Notes under the pieces: generated by a model | Told to the model about the DNA's origin: nothing | What the model saw: only the letters and a program-made list of their open reading frames with translations | Databases searched by the model: none | Assembly (NCBI GenBank): GCA_964016885.1 | Contig: OZ024741.1 | Span: 340,504,001-340,568,000, forward strand | Length of the DNA stretch: 64,000 nt | Reading direction: 5' to 3' | From: Eledone cirrhosa | Lineage: Eukaryota | Made by a program: the position numbers and the translations under genes | Part shown: positions 38,933 to 51,684 of the stretch, one piece after another | Layout: every line of letters begins with the position of its first letter | Numbering within the stretch: position 1 is the stretch's first letter

Positions 38933-40722
38933 ATGGCGGAAAAGATGGCAGACATGTCTGCCATTAGCTCTGCCATGCCCCCCCAAGTCTGAAGAACAAA
39001 AAATAATTACAACAAAATTAGACAACGAAACAAACAAAGAAAATGAAAAAACAAATGTTAAGGAAAATGAGCAAACGGAAAACAAACAAACAGAAAATAA
39101 TACAAATAACAACAGGGCAACTTTCGCCCAGAAAACAAAACAATCCATTACATACACACCAATTGACCTAACGACCGCCAGAGAAAAACTGGCCGAAGCA
39201 AAGAAACACATTGTTTTGGGGGAGAACGGAATGTTTTCCATTAACTCCCCCCCAGAATTCAAGAAAGCGAGAACAGAGAACACAGTTCTCTTCAGAACAA
39301 TCCTAAACCAAACAAGAAAGCCAGCACAGCCCAGCCAAATGGAGATAGAGTTGGTCCTAAAAGACTATATGAAGAATATTCTCTTCATACGAAAGGACCG
39401 ACTCTATGGCAGCATTTCGGTCCTAACAAAAGACAAGGAAACGGCGGAGAAGCTTTCCCTAAGCCCACTCTCATCGACAACATACAGCTTCTATCCCTCC
39501 TACATGGGTAGAAGAACACAGAGAGTAAAAATACAAACAATGCTGCCCACAATGGACTTCTGGTGGGCTATTGCTGGCTTCATAGACATGGGCGAGGACA
39601 CAGTGCTGTCAATGGGGAAGGCATCCGGAGATGCGTTCCTGGGAATGGGCCTCGACCTACTAGTCCAAATGAGGCCCGAAAGAATAGCACAAATCCCGGA
39701 TCGCATCTGGCTGGATGAGCTCACCCCAATAGATATAATTCTAGAGGGGAGAAGACCAGCATGCTATTTATGCACGGAAAGGGGACACATTAAGGCTAAC
39801 TGCCCGAAACGTATCCCCCAAAAAGGACTATTGCCCACACCCATCACAAACAGTACACCAACACCACCCACCTCCAAAAATACACTAATACCATACACAG
39901 CAAACAAAATACAAACACCACTAAGCACATCACCACCACCAGCACCAAACACAAGCACGACACAAAAATGACCACCACCATCACCAACACAAACACCATC
40001 ACCACCATTACCAACCACAAGCACGACACAAACAGCACCACCACCACCACAAAACGCATTCCAAACAAATAATAAAAAAAACAGCAACAAATCTACCCCT
40101 CCCGCAAAAAAAAAACAACCAGAAACGACGTCCCTCCCACCTAGCGCTGAAGAGTTTCCCCCAACTTCTGAAGAAGAAGGAGGAGAAGCCTTGAGACAAG
40201 TTAAAAGAAAAAAAAGAAAGCACACACCCAGCACACCACAAATAACCCACACACAAACACCAACTCCAATAAAAAACACCCCACCCTCAACAAACAAAAA
40301 TAAATCTGCGCCTCCCCTCTCCGAAACATTGACAGTATCACAAAAAAAGACATTGCAATACACATATATAAATAAAGAAAACAAAAAACTGTTTAAATTA
40401 ATAAACAATAGCCCTTTGGTGCAGACCGAAGGGCCAAACTTTATCTCAACAGAGAACTTCACCCATTTAAAAATGATAAAGGTCCCTCTGGACCTTTATC
40501 GTTCCTTAAAAGAACAATTTAGACAGGACGTGAGCCCCCCCCCCCCCTGTTTAAAACCGTTAAATCGCGTCCTCTTGAAAGATTTCCCCATAACCTACCC
40601 TCTCCCTGACACAACTCCAAACACCCCAACCCCACCACACTCGGGCACCCCCACACCACCACAAAACATCCCTCCACCCAACACACCTGACGCCATGGAA
40701 ATTACACAGCCCGGAGAGGTAG
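38933..40722 (+). pseudogene. ORF1 of element C (disrupted)
   Basis: Likely start MAEKMADM at 38933 (+1 in a C7 run); knuckle CYLCTERGHIKANC; 14-nt deletion just before the ancestral stop. Confidence 0.85.
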
Positions 40723-40753
40723 GTGCTTTTCTTTCTTCACTTTCAACACCAAA

Positions 40754-43700
40754 ATAGATCAATTGAGAGTTGGCTGTTTGAACGCGCGTGGCCTGGGCTC
40801 AGCTTGGAAGCAAGCAAAGCTACTAAGTGACCTCAGGTCACGAAGTATAGATGTGATGGTTGTTTGCGAGAGTCGGATCAGCAGCGTGCGACAGCTGGCT
40901 CCCGCCTTCGATGACTTTGAGATGCACGCATCTCTCTGTCAACCCGGAGGCGGGGGGGGGGGGAGTTGCCGTACTGCTGGATAAACGTCTGGCTCTCGAC
41001 GTACAGATTGTTCACTCGGACCCGGGGGGTCGATTACTGGTGCTGGACGTCGGAGGCGGTGAAGGCGGGGCTTTCAGACTGGTCGGTCTTTATGCCCCCT
41101 TCGGGGCTGAAAGAGCCGACTTCTTCCAGCGACTGGAGACTTTTCTAGGAACGTCGCGTTCCCTGCTATTAGTGGGGGACTGGAATGGAATCCTAGATGC
41201 GCGTTGGGACTATGCAGGGGCATGTCCCGATAGAGGGGGGTGTAGCAGCCTCAAGGGGTTACTCGATCGATTCGACCTGGTCGATAGATTTCGACTAGAT
41301 TGTCCAACTGCGCCAACCTGGACCTGGGCAAACCGCAGTGGACAATCTAGATCGTACCTAGATAGGTTTTTGGTTAGGAGTAAGGATAGGGACGTATTTA
41401 GTTGTCCAGAATTGATCATGGTTGGCTATTCGGATCACAAATTAGTGACCTGCGTGGTTAACCTTGATAGAACGCATAGACAGGGTCCTGGTTACTGGAA
41501 AATGAACTTGTCCTTGCCGGCAAAGAAAGATTACAGGAACCGGATTAGTAGCTTAGTTAAGATGCGGTTGACGGGAGCGATCGTCAACAGTAGGTGGTGG
41601 GTATCTCTAAAAAGAGAGATTAGAGTAAGTTCGATAGGTTACAGTAAGGAACTAGCGGCGAATAGAAATAGGAAGGAAAGGGAGTTAACAGATAAACTAG
41701 AAGAGGCGATTAGGAGCGGAGACGTAGCCAGAGTGTTAGCGGCGAGAACGGCGTTGAGCCAGTTCTTTGACGCGAAGCACGAAGGCTGCGTTGTCCGAAG
41801 TAAAATACGTGCTTTAGGAAACGAGGGGACCAAAGCTGTTAGCTGGGCCCGCGTGAAAGAAGCCAAGAGTGGGATTAAATCCACCATTCGGTCTTTGCGA
41901 GACCAGGATGGACGGGTGATCCTTGAACCTGAGCGGATGTGCGAGGCCTTTCAAAGGCACTTTGCTCGACTGTTCGGAGGGGGAGGGGGGCCGGACGGGG
42001 ATATGGACTTCGTTCCATACCTCGACGGTCTACCGCGTCTTTCGAGCGGCGAAGCGGAGTGCTGCGAAAGGCCAATCACAGCCACTGAAATCGGGGAAGC
42101 GCTCAGCCAATGCAGCAGACGCAAATCTCCGGGTCTCGATGGTTTACCATACGAACTTTATTTAGCTATGCCGGTCTTGTTCTCCGAACCCCTCGAGGCT
42201 GTCTATTGCAACTGGCAACAGAACGGGAGAATTCCCTGTTCTGTGACCAAGGGCGTGGTCACGCTAGTGAGGAAGGACGAGAGCAAGGGGGACGACTTAA
42301 GTAACTTTAGGCCCATAACTCTGCTGAATGCAGAGTTACAGATTTTGGCCAAGGTGTTGGCGAAGAGGTTGGCGCTTGTGGTGGGTGGTTTGGTGGGAGA
42401 CGCGCAGACATGCGCTATCCCGTCCAGGTCCATTCACGACAACCTCCACCTCATGCGATACATCATAGAGAGGGTTGGCAACGAACCCGGCTTTGGTGGG
42501 GCCCTGATCAACTTGGATCAATCTAAGGCGTTCGATAGGGTCGACCATGGTTACCTGGATGCGGTGCTAGCGGCGGCGGGCTTCGGACCCGTTTTCAGGG
42601 GCTGGATTTCTGCCATGCACAGTGGCAACATCTACTCTAGGATTAAAGTAAACGGCTACCTCTCGGAGCCGTTTCAAATCACCCGGTCCATCAGACAGGG
42701 GTGCCCCCTCTCCTCCCTTCTGTACGTATTGACTCTCGAGCCACTGCTGCGGAAGTTGGAGTTGCTGCGGGGCATACCCCTGGAACCGGGATTGCACAAA
42801 GCGGTCTCGGCCTATGCCGACGACGTAACAGTAATGGTGGCGGACGCCTCGGAAATCGGGGCGATCGCCACCCTACTGGAGGAATACGAAAGGCTGACGG
42901 GGGCTAGGCTGAACCGGGACAAGTCAGTCGGTTTGCAACTCGGAACGTGGAGGGGCAAACCGATGCCGTTAGACGGTGTCGTCGGGCGGTGGACGGAGGG
43001 CCCGGTGAAGCCCCTCCGGGTCTGGTTCGGACCGGACCTCCAGGTGGAGAAGAATTGGGGCGAGGTGACGAGCAGGGTGTTTGCGCTGACCCAGAAGTGG
43101 GCCAAGTGCAAGCTATCACTGAAAGGTCGGGCGGAGGTGACGAACGCTTACATAGCGTCCGTCATCTGCTACTGCCTGACCGTCGTGCCTTGCCCCAAGG
43201 AAAAGATCACCATCATGGAACGCATGCTCTTCCAGTTCCTCTGGAAGAAGCGGCCTCCCATGGTGAGGAGATCCATCTGCTGCCAGCACCCTTCGAAAGG
43301 AGGGCTGGGTATGCCGTGGCTGTTGATGCGTAGGCACGCATTGAGGCTACGGCATCTACAGGTATTCCTCACCGGTCAGCCGGTGTGGGCCCCGTTTGTG
43401 AGGCGAGCCTTCCCACAGCTCGTCTCGCTCACCGAGCTGCAATCCTGGGTGAAGCAAAGACCGAGAAAACTGGGCAACTGGCACACCGAGTGTGCCCAGG
43501 CGCTCACGGCTATCTGGCAAGCGGACCTGACTGTCAGTGGAGAATCCACCTCGACATTCTATAGAGGGCTGGTGGCTAGCAGGGGCGACGACACCCTTGG
43601 AGAGTCGCTAGGCATGGAGGAGGACGAACTGGCCAGCCTGTTCGGTAGAACTTTCGGCCCGGGACCCATGGACAACTTCCAGAGGTCCCTAGCCTGGCAG

Positions 43701-44196
43701 TGTTACCGGGGGGGCTCTGCCCGTTCGAGAAAAGCTCTACAGACACGGGCGCCCGGGCAGGGATCCAGCGAAAAAGATCTGTCCCAGATGCGTGCGCAAC
43801 GAGGAAACCGTTGCGCATGCACTGGTACACTGCCCGGGCGTTGCCGATCTGTGGGGTTACGTCGAACGACTGCTGTCGCGTGTGGCGCCGATTCGATTAA
43901 CCGCCGAGTCTGTGGTGAACATCAAGCCGCCGCCTCCCTTCAGAAACGAAGCAGAGGCGGTCTTTCTGTGCGTAATAGCCATGATGAAAGAGGTTGTGTG
44001 GTGGACGCGCCTGAAAGGTCTGAGGTCGGGTGACTTTCTCTCCGGCCATCACCTGGTTTACTTCTTCCGATACAACTTCGGAAGAAGGATCAGGATGGAG
44101 AGAGAAGTGCTTGGCCCCAGACAGTTTTATGAAAGGTGGGTGAAAGAAACGAGAATGGCTCGTGTAAATGGGCCTTCTCTCTACATTGTTCTGTAG
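40754..44196 (+). pseudogene. ORF2 of element C (start ATG>ATA, frameshifts at G runs)
   Basis: ORF pieces 40763, 40860 and 43792 are collinear with ORF2 of elements A and D. Confidence 0.92.
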
Positions 44197-44427
44197 GTGA
44201 AGAAGTGAAGAGGAAAGGAGGAGCGCCTCTTCTCTGGGCTTCCCCCGCGAAAAGGGTTGCACACTTTTCGGGGGTATGTGCAATTCCGAACACGCCCCCT
44301 CCCTTTTGAGGACTTTTTATTATTATATTATTATTGTTATTCCTTTTTTCTTTACTCGATTTATGTAAACTCCCCCACTGTGTATTTGTCCCCTTCTTTT
44401 GTGCCCTCGTGGCAAATAAATAGAAAT

Positions 44428-44463
<36 letters not shown>

Positions 44464-44696
44464 AATGATCTAGCTGTCGTCTGTTCTACAGTGTGGATGT
44501 CATTCACTTCGCACAGAAGTTTTGTTCAAATTTATTGAGGAAATTTTGTGAGTTCAAACTTAATTTTGATACAATTGTGTAGCTTGACCCCCCGTCTGAA
44601 CTGTCAGGCGGTGGGTCAGCTCATCTTTACCCCTCCTAGAGGTGAAAAACCTGTTTTAAAAAATTTTGTGTAAAAAATTTCAATCGTCTAACAGAA

Positions 44697-46599
44697 ATGT
44701 TAAACGCAGCGAACGAAAATAGTGGTGGGGGGACAGCGGTAAGAGTTGTAAGCTCGCACGCTTTAGTCCCCCCCTTCCTTCCCAACTAACGTCATAGAGA
44801 AGGAAGGAAAAATTAAAATAAAAACAGACGAATCTGCGGAGAAAAAAAAAAATGACGAAAACACAAATCTGGACTTGGGTTCCAACAACGAAAAAAAAAA
44901 ATTTGAAAAATTGCATGACAATACTAATAACACAAACAAAGACACAACAAACACAAAAACAACATTTGAAAATAACACCATATCAGAAAACAAAGCAGAC
45001 GACAAGATTTCATTTGCACAGAAAACAAAGAAATCTTTGACTTATATAGCGGAAAACATTTCAGATGTGGTACGAAGGATCACGGACGCCAAACAATACA
45101 TAAGTGAAGGAGAGAATGGTATTTTATCGGTAAAAATGCCTCAAGAATTCACGAAAGACATTGAAAGCCGAACGGTCAAGTTTCGGACCATCAACAACAG
45201 TACAAAAAAACCTGAACAGCCTTCTCAAGCAGATATCAAAACAGTACTCACAGAAGTACTTAATGAAACCACTTTCATAAGAAAAGACAGACTGTATGGA
45301 AGCCTAGCAATTATCATGAAGAACGAATCGGCGGCAAAAAAATGTGCTTTGTCACCGATTCGTTCGAAAAATTTCACCTTTTATCCATCTTATATGGGGA
45401 AAAGAACTCAACGCATATGGCTGGATGCAATGATGCCAGATGTGGACTACTGCTGGCTCATAGCTGGCTTCATCGATCCAGTGAATGACAACGTGATTTC
45501 CATTGGGAAAACCACAGGCAATGCGTTCAGTGGAACAGGTATAGAGCTGGTAGTACAAATGAAGCCTGAACGCATCGCCCAAATACCCGACAGAATCCTA
45601 TTAGAGGACCGCGGGTATATAAACATTAGCGTGGAGGGGAGAAGGCCGTCCTGCCACATCTATGCAGGCAGAGGGCACCTGAAGGCCGCTTGTCCCCAAC
45701 TCAACAAAAAGAAAACCCTGCTACCAACACCAGCTCCACCACCACCACCACAACAGATAAACAAACAACAAAACTCAGTCCCACCCAACCCGTCCCTCAG
45801 TAAAACCACAACACCACCACAACACAAACAGTCACAACACATTACCCCAAAACAAAATACAGGCCCACCCAACCTCTCACTCAATAAAACAACACAACCA
45901 CCGCAGACACAACACACAACACAGTCTAACATAGTGACATCCATCTCCCCCACAAAGAAAACCAACACGGAAACATTACCAGCAAACATACCTCTTCCCT
46001 CCAACACTGAAGATAACCCAACGAATTCGGAGGAAGAAACGGAGTCCTTCAGACAGATTAAAAGGGAAAAAAGAAAACATGTGCAAAACACACAAGGACA
46101 AACAACCCCCACCCAAATCTCAACACAATCCAACAAAACAGAAAACACCCCTCCAGCAACAAACAAAACCAAACCTGCCCCTCCCCTCTTCGAAACACTC
46201 ACACCATCGGAAAAAAAGACATTACACTATACTTACATCAACAGAAACAATAATAAATTAAATGAGCTCATATACAATAATCCTTCGGTACAAACCGAAG
46301 GTGTAAACTTTGTTTCTTCAGAAAACTACCCACATTTAAAACTAATAAAGATCCCAATGAACCTCTACCAAAAACTAAAAAAGGATTTTAAGGAGGACGT
46401 AGGACCACCCTCTGTCAAACCCATAAATCGCGTCCTACTAAAAAGCTTTCCCCCTGCCCTTCCCCTCCCCAACACAACTCCAAACACCCCAACCCCACCA
46501 CACACTGACGACCCCACACCACCACAAGACACCCCTTCACCCAACACCCCCGACCCCATGGAAGTCGTGCAACCCGAACCCCGGGAAGCGGAAAGGTAG
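44697..46599 (+). CDS. ORF1 of element D (likely ATG 44697 with +1 at a C7 run; knuckle mutated CHIY)
   Basis: 574-aa open frame homologous to B/C ORF1; CHIYAGRGHLKAAC lacks the second Cys. Confidence 0.8.
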
Positions 46600-46632
46600 G
46601 TCTCTACACTCTCCTTTGGCTCTGCCGCCCAC

Positions 46633-49600
46633 ATGGATGTGTTAAGAGTAGGATGTTTGAATGCACGTGGCCTGGGCTCAACTTGGAAGCAAGCAAAGCT
46701 TCTAAATGACCTCAGGTCATGTAGTATAAATGTAATGGTTATCTGTGAGACTCGAATCAGCGTCGTGCGGCAGCTGGCCCCCACCTTCGATGACTTTGAG
46801 GTGCATGCATCTCTCTGTCAACCTGGAGGTGGGGGTGGGGTTGTCGTACTGCTGCAAAAACACCTGGGTCTTGCTGTACAGGTTGTGCACTCGGACCCGG
46901 AGGGTCGTTTGTTGGTGCTAGACGTTGGCAGTAGTGAAAGTGCGGCCTTGAGACTGGTCGCCGTCTACTCCCCTTTCGGAGCTGAACGGCCCGACTTCTT
47001 CCAGCGTTTGGAGACTTTTCTGGGAACGTCGCGTTCCCTGCTTCTAGCGGGGGATTGGAATGACATCCTGGATTCACGTTGGGACTATGCAGGAGCATGT
47101 CCTAATAGAGGGGGGTGTAACAGCCTCAAGGGGTTACTCGACCGTTTTAACTTGGTCGATAGATATCGACTAGATTTTCCAACTGTGCCTACCTGGACTT
47201 GGAGAAACCACAGTGGTCAATCTAGATCGTACTTAGATAGATTCTTAGTTAGAAGTAAGGATAGGGACATATTAAGCTGTCCAGAAATGCGCACGGTTGG
47301 CTACACGGATCACAAATTAGTGACCTGCGTGGTCAATCTCGAGAAAACACATAGACAGGGTCCCGGTTACTGGAAACTTAATTTGTCTTTACCGGCAAAA
47401 GAGACTTACAGAAACCGGATTAGCAGATTAGTTAAGGAGAGGTTGACGGGTGCAATCGTCAACAACCGATGGTGGGCATCTCTCAAAAGAGAGATTAGAA
47501 CAGAATCAATAAGTTATAGCAAGATGTTAGCTGCCGATAGGAATAGAAACGAGAAAGAATTAACAGGTAAATTAGAAGAGGCAATCAAGAGCGAAGATGT
47601 GGCCAGAGTGCTGGCATCGAGGACGGCCTTGAACCAGTTTTTCGATGCAAAGCACGAAGGCTGCGTCATTCGAAGTAAAATACGTGCTCTAGGTAATGAG
47701 GGGGCCAAAGCCGTTGGATGGGCCCGCGTGACAGAAGCTAAGAGTGGAAATCGATCCACCATCCGGTCGTTGCAAGACGAAGATGGACGGGTGATCCGGG
47801 AGCCTAAGCAGATGTGCGAGGCCTTTCAAAGGCACTTTGCCCGATTGTTCGGGGGAGGCGAGGGTCCGGGCGGGGGCGTGGATTTCGGTCCATACCTCGA
47901 CGGCCTGCCGCGTCTCTCGAGCGAAGAGGCAGAGTCCTGCGAGGGACCAATCTCGGCTGATGAGATCGGAGATGCGCTGAGCCAATGCAGCAGACGCAAA
48001 TCTCCAGGTCTCGATGGTATACCTTACGAACTTTATTTAGCAATGCCGGTCTTCTTCTCCGAACTCCTCGAAGCGGTCTACTGCAATTGGCAGCAGAACG
48101 GGAGAATTCCTTGTTCTGTAGCCAAGGGCGTAGTCACGCTGGTGAGGAAGGACGAGAACAAGGGGGATAGTATAAATAATTTTCGGCCCATAACCCTGCT
48201 AAACACAGAGTTAAAGATTTTGGCCAAGGTGTTAGCAAAGAGGTTGGCGCTTGTCGTGGGTGGCCTGGTGGGAGATGCGCAGACATGTGCTATCCCATCC
48301 AGGTCCATTCACGATAACCTCCACCTCATGCGATACATCATAGAGAGGGTTGGCAACAAACCCGGCTTCGGTGGGGCCCTGATCAACTTGGATCAGTCTA
48401 AGGCCTTCGATAGGGTCGACCATGGTTACCTGGATGCGGTGCTAGCGGCGGCTGGGTTCGGTCCTGTTTTCAGAGGCTGGATCACTGCCCTACATGGCAA
48501 CCACATCTGTTCTAGGATCAAGGTGAACGGCTACCTTTCGAAGCCGTTCGAAATCACACGATCCATTCGACAGTTGTGCCCTCTCTCCTCCCTTCTGTAC
48601 GTATTGACTCTCGAGCCTTTACTGAGGAAGTTGGAGTTGTTGCAGGGTATCCCCCTGGAACCAGGATTGAGCAAAGCGGTGTCGGCCTACGCCGATGACG
48701 TAACAGTAATGGTATCAACCGACTCGGAGATCGAGGCGATCGGTACTTTACTGGAGGAGTACGAAAGGTTGTCAGGAGCGAAACTGAACCGGGAAAAATC
48801 CATCGGGCTGCAACTCGGAACGTGGAGAGGCAGACCGATGCCTCCTGACGGTGTCGTCGGACACTGGACGGAGGGCCCGGTAAAGTTGCTTGGGGTCTGG
48901 TTTGGACCGGACCTCCAGGTGGAAAAGAACTGGAACGAGGTTACGAACAAGGTGTTTGCACTAACCCAGAAATGGGCCAAGTGTAAGCTGTCCCTAAAAG
49001 GCCGGGCGGAGGTGGCGAACATTTACATAGCGTCCGTCACTTACTACCGCCTGACTGTCGTGCCTTGCCCTAAGGAAACACTCACCACCATGGAACGCAT
49101 GCTCTTCCAATTTCTTTGGAAGAAGCGTCCTCCTATGGTGAGAAGATCCATCTGCTGCCAACAACCTTCGAAAGGAGGGCTGGGGATGCCGTGGTTGATG
49201 ATGCGTAGGCACGCATTAAGGCTACGGCACCTACAGGTATTCCTCACTGGTCAACCGGTGTGGGCTCCGTTCGTGAAACGAGCCTTTCCGAGACTCGTCT
49301 CGCTCTCCGAGCTACAGTCCTGGGTCAAGCAAAGATCCGGAAAACTGGGAGACTGGCACACTGAGTGTGCTCAGGCGCTCAGGGCTCTCTGGCAAGCGGG
49401 CCAGGCCATCGGTGGAGAATCCACCTCATCATTCTATAGAGGGCTGGTGGCTAGCAGGGACGATGACACCCTTGGAGAGTCGCTGGACATGGAAGAAGAC
49501 GAACTGGCCAGCCTGTTCGGTAGGACTTTCGGCCCAGGACCAATGGACAACTTCCAGAAGTCACTGGCCTGGCAGTGCTACCGGGGGGCTCTACCCGTTC

Positions 49601-50070
49601 GAGAGAGGCTCTACAGACACGGGCGCCCGGGCAGGGATCCCTCAAAAAAGATTTGCCCTAGATGCGTGCGTCACGAAGAAACCGTTGCGCACGCATTGGT
49701 GCAATGTCCGGGCGTGGCTGATCTGTGGGGCTACGCCGAACGACTGCTGTCGCGGGTGGCGCCGATTAAATTGACCGCCGAGTCCGTGATGACAATCAAA
49801 CCGCCTCCCCTCTTCACAAAGGAAGCAAAGGCGGTTTTTCTGTGCGTAATAGCCATGTTGAAAGAGGTTGTTTGGTGGACACGATTGAAAGGTCTGAGGT
49901 CAGGCAACTTCCTCTCTGGCCATAGTCTGGTCTACTTCTTCCGATATCACTTCGGAAGAAGGATAAGAATGGAGAGAGAGGTGCTTGGCCACAGGCAGTT
50001 TTATGAAAGGTGGGTGATAGTGGCGAGAATGGCTCGTGTAAATGGGCCTTCTCTGTATACCATCCTGTAG
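46633..50070 (+). CDS. ORF2 of element D, uninterrupted 1145 aa APE-RT-ZnF
   Basis: All motifs are present, but RQLCPLS replaces RQGCPLS, which may be inactivating. Confidence 0.93.
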   Translation: MDVLRVGCLNARGLGSTWKQAKLLNDLRSCSINVMVICETRISVVRQLAPTFDDFEVHASLCQPGGGGGVVVLLQKHLGLAVQVVHSDPEGRLLVLDVGSSESAALRLVAVYSPFGAERPDFFQRLETFLGTSRSLLLAGDWNDILDSRWDYAGACPNRGGCNSLKGLLDRFNLVDRYRLDFPTVPTWTWRNHSGQSRSYLDRFLVRSKDRDILSCPEMRTVGYTDHKLVTCVVNLEKTHRQGPGYWKLNLSLPAKETYRNRISRLVKERLTGAIVNNRWWASLKREIRTESISYSKMLAADRNRNEKELTGKLEEAIKSEDVARVLASRTALNQFFDAKHEGCVIRSKIRALGNEGAKAVGWARVTEAKSGNRSTIRSLQDEDGRVIREPKQMCEAFQRHFARLFGGGEGPGGGVDFGPYLDGLPRLSSEEAESCEGPISADEIGDALSQCSRRKSPGLDGIPYELYLAMPVFFSELLEAVYCNWQQNGRIPCSVAKGVVTLVRKDENKGDSINNFRPITLLNTELKILAKVLAKRLALVVGGLVGDAQTCAIPSRSIHDNLHLMRYIIERVGNKPGFGGALINLDQSKAFDRVDHGYLDAVLAAAGFGPVFRGWITALHGNHICSRIKVNGYLSKPFEITRSIRQLCPLSSLLYVLTLEPLLRKLELLQGIPLEPGLSKAVSAYADDVTVMVSTDSEIEAIGTLLEEYERLSGAKLNREKSIGLQLGTWRGRPMPPDGVVGHWTEGPVKLLGVWFGPDLQVEKNWNEVTNKVFALTQKWAKCKLSLKGRAEVANIYIASVTYYRLTVVPCPKETLTTMERMLFQFLWKKRPPMVRRSICCQQPSKGGLGMPWLMMRRHALRLRHLQVFLTGQPVWAPFVKRAFPRLVSLSELQSWVKQRSGKLGDWHTECAQALRALWQAGQAIGGESTSSFYRGLVASRDDDTLGESLDMEEDELASLFGRTFGPGPMDNFQKSLAWQCYRGALPVRERLYRHGRPGRDPSKKICPRCVRHEETVAHALVQCPGVADLWGYAERLLSRVAPIKLTAESVMTIKPPPLFTKEAKAVFLCVIAMLKEVVWWTRLKGLRSGNFLSGHSLVYFFRYHFGRRIRMEREVLGHRQFYERWVIVARMARVNGPSLYTIL

Positions 50071-50283
50071 GTAAAGAAGTAAAGGAGAGGGGAGCACCTT
50101 GTCCATGTGCTCCCCGGGCAAAGGATTGCACACTTTTTCGGGGGGGGTGCAACCCCCATCACGTCCCCTCCCTTTTGAGGTTATTTTCGATTATTTTCAT
50201 GTTACACCCTTTTTACTCGATTATATGTAAACTCCCCCTTTGTATTTGTCCCTTCTTTTTATGCCTTTATGGTAAATAAAGAA

Positions 50284-50341
<58 letters not shown>

Positions 50342-50599
50342 ACAATCGAAATCTTTACTCTATATCCCATCCTGATATCTTATCGAGATTAACTTTTCCA
50401 TATAAGACTCTCTCTGTAAGTTCATTATATAAATCTCGCCACCTTAACCTTTAATTTTATAATAATTTATTTTTCAATTTATCATTTTGAAATTTAATAT
50501 TTTTTAATTTAATTTCATCCTATAACTCGTAACATAAGTTTAACGTTCCAATTTTCGGTTCACACATTAGACCATACAGACACCCATTATATATGCCTT

Positions 50600-50795
50600 C
50601 GGTGGTGGATTGGCAGTATCGGACGCCATGAGGGTCGGACGCCATGCTTTCCAGCATAGTTACGTCCCTTTATGATCTGAGTTCAAATCCCGCCGAGGTT
50701 GACTTTGCCTTTCATCCTTACGGGGTCGATAAAATAAAGTACCAGTAATGCACTGGGTAATTTGCTGGCCTTGTGCCTAAAGTAGAAACAATTAT
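50600..50795 (+). mobile_element. Meta-like tRNA SINE copy
   Basis: GGATTGGCAGTATCGG...GAGTTCAAATCCCGCCGAGGTTGACTTTGCCTTTCATCCTTACGGGGTCGATAAAATAAAGTACCAG...CCTTGTGCCTAAAGTAGAAAC. Confidence 0.78.
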
Positions 50796-51227
50796 ATATG
50801 CCTTCGTTAAATATAGATTCTTTGGATTAGCATTTTTCGCGGCGTTTTCTAGCATGACTGTAGTGTGACCCTTACGCTGACTTCTTTCTTCCTCTTTTCC
50901 TCTTTCTTCCTTTCTCTCTTTCTTCCCCTTTTTCTTTGATGGTGAGGTGGTAGTGCATTATAAGCCTTCGCCCCCTCACCAGATGGTCATTAGTAGTTCG
51001 AGTTGCCATCACTTTGAGGGCGACTGGCTGAGGGGAAAGCAGCTAGTTGGTCAGTCGCCCTCTTTGTCTCTGTCTCTGATTTTTCGGACCCAGGTTTTTT
51101 TTTACATATTCCTTTGTTATATTCCAATACCCGATGATATCACCGGATTCATATGGAACCCGGTCATTGAAATGATCATAGTATAATAAACCTTTCAAGG
51201 ATTTACACCAGTCCAGCCTCCTGTTAT

Positions 51228-51262
<35 letters not shown>

Positions 51263-51273
<11 letters not shown>

Positions 51274-51605
51274 GAATAGCTTTCACCGTATTTTTTACTA
51301 AAGGAATTTTAGCCTGATAATGGGGTTTAGAACCCTCAGATAAATGGAAAAAGATGAGTATTGACGTACATGGGAGTCGAACCCACATCTTTGGTTATCG
51401 CGACCACTGTGCTACCATTACACCAACACATCACCCATCTCTTTCCATTCAAATTAGAAGCTGGGTGATGTGTTGGTGTAATGGTAGCACAGTGGTCGCG
51501 ATAAACAAAGATGTGGGTTCCCATTTATTTGAGGGTTCTAAACCCCATTATCAGGGTAAGATTCCTTTAGTCAAAAATACGGTGAAAGCTGTTCTATTTT
51601 CTAAT
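51263..51605. mobile_element. Foldback element with nested inverted repeats containing a tRNA-like sequence, in (TA)n context
   Basis: Outer arms ~85 bp and inner arms ~55 bp. A related partial copy lies at ~28084-28176. Confidence 0.75.
51362..51432 (-). tRNA. tRNA-like pseudogene / SINE head
   Basis: Minus: GATGTGT-TG-GTGTAATGGTAGCAC-A-GTGGTCGCGATAACCAA-AGAT-GTGGGTTCGACTCCCAT-GTACGTC folds as an imperfect cloverleaf with A and B boxes; the anticodon loop is non-canonical. Confidence 0.45.
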
Positions 51606-51640
51606 TTCAAACCAGCTCACTGTTTCAAAACATACTTACT

Positions 51641-51684
<44 letters not shown>

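Larger units (their letters stand above)
38731..44428 (+). mobile_element. Full-length L1/Tx1-clade element C in (CTAT)n
   Basis: ORF1 and ORF2 present; AATAAA at 44415; CTAT tracts on both sides. Confidence 0.92.
44464..50283 (+). mobile_element. Full-length L1/Tx1-clade element D in (CTAT)n
   Basis: ORF1 and ORF2 present; AATAAA at 50275; CTAT tracts on both sides. Confidence 0.93.
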
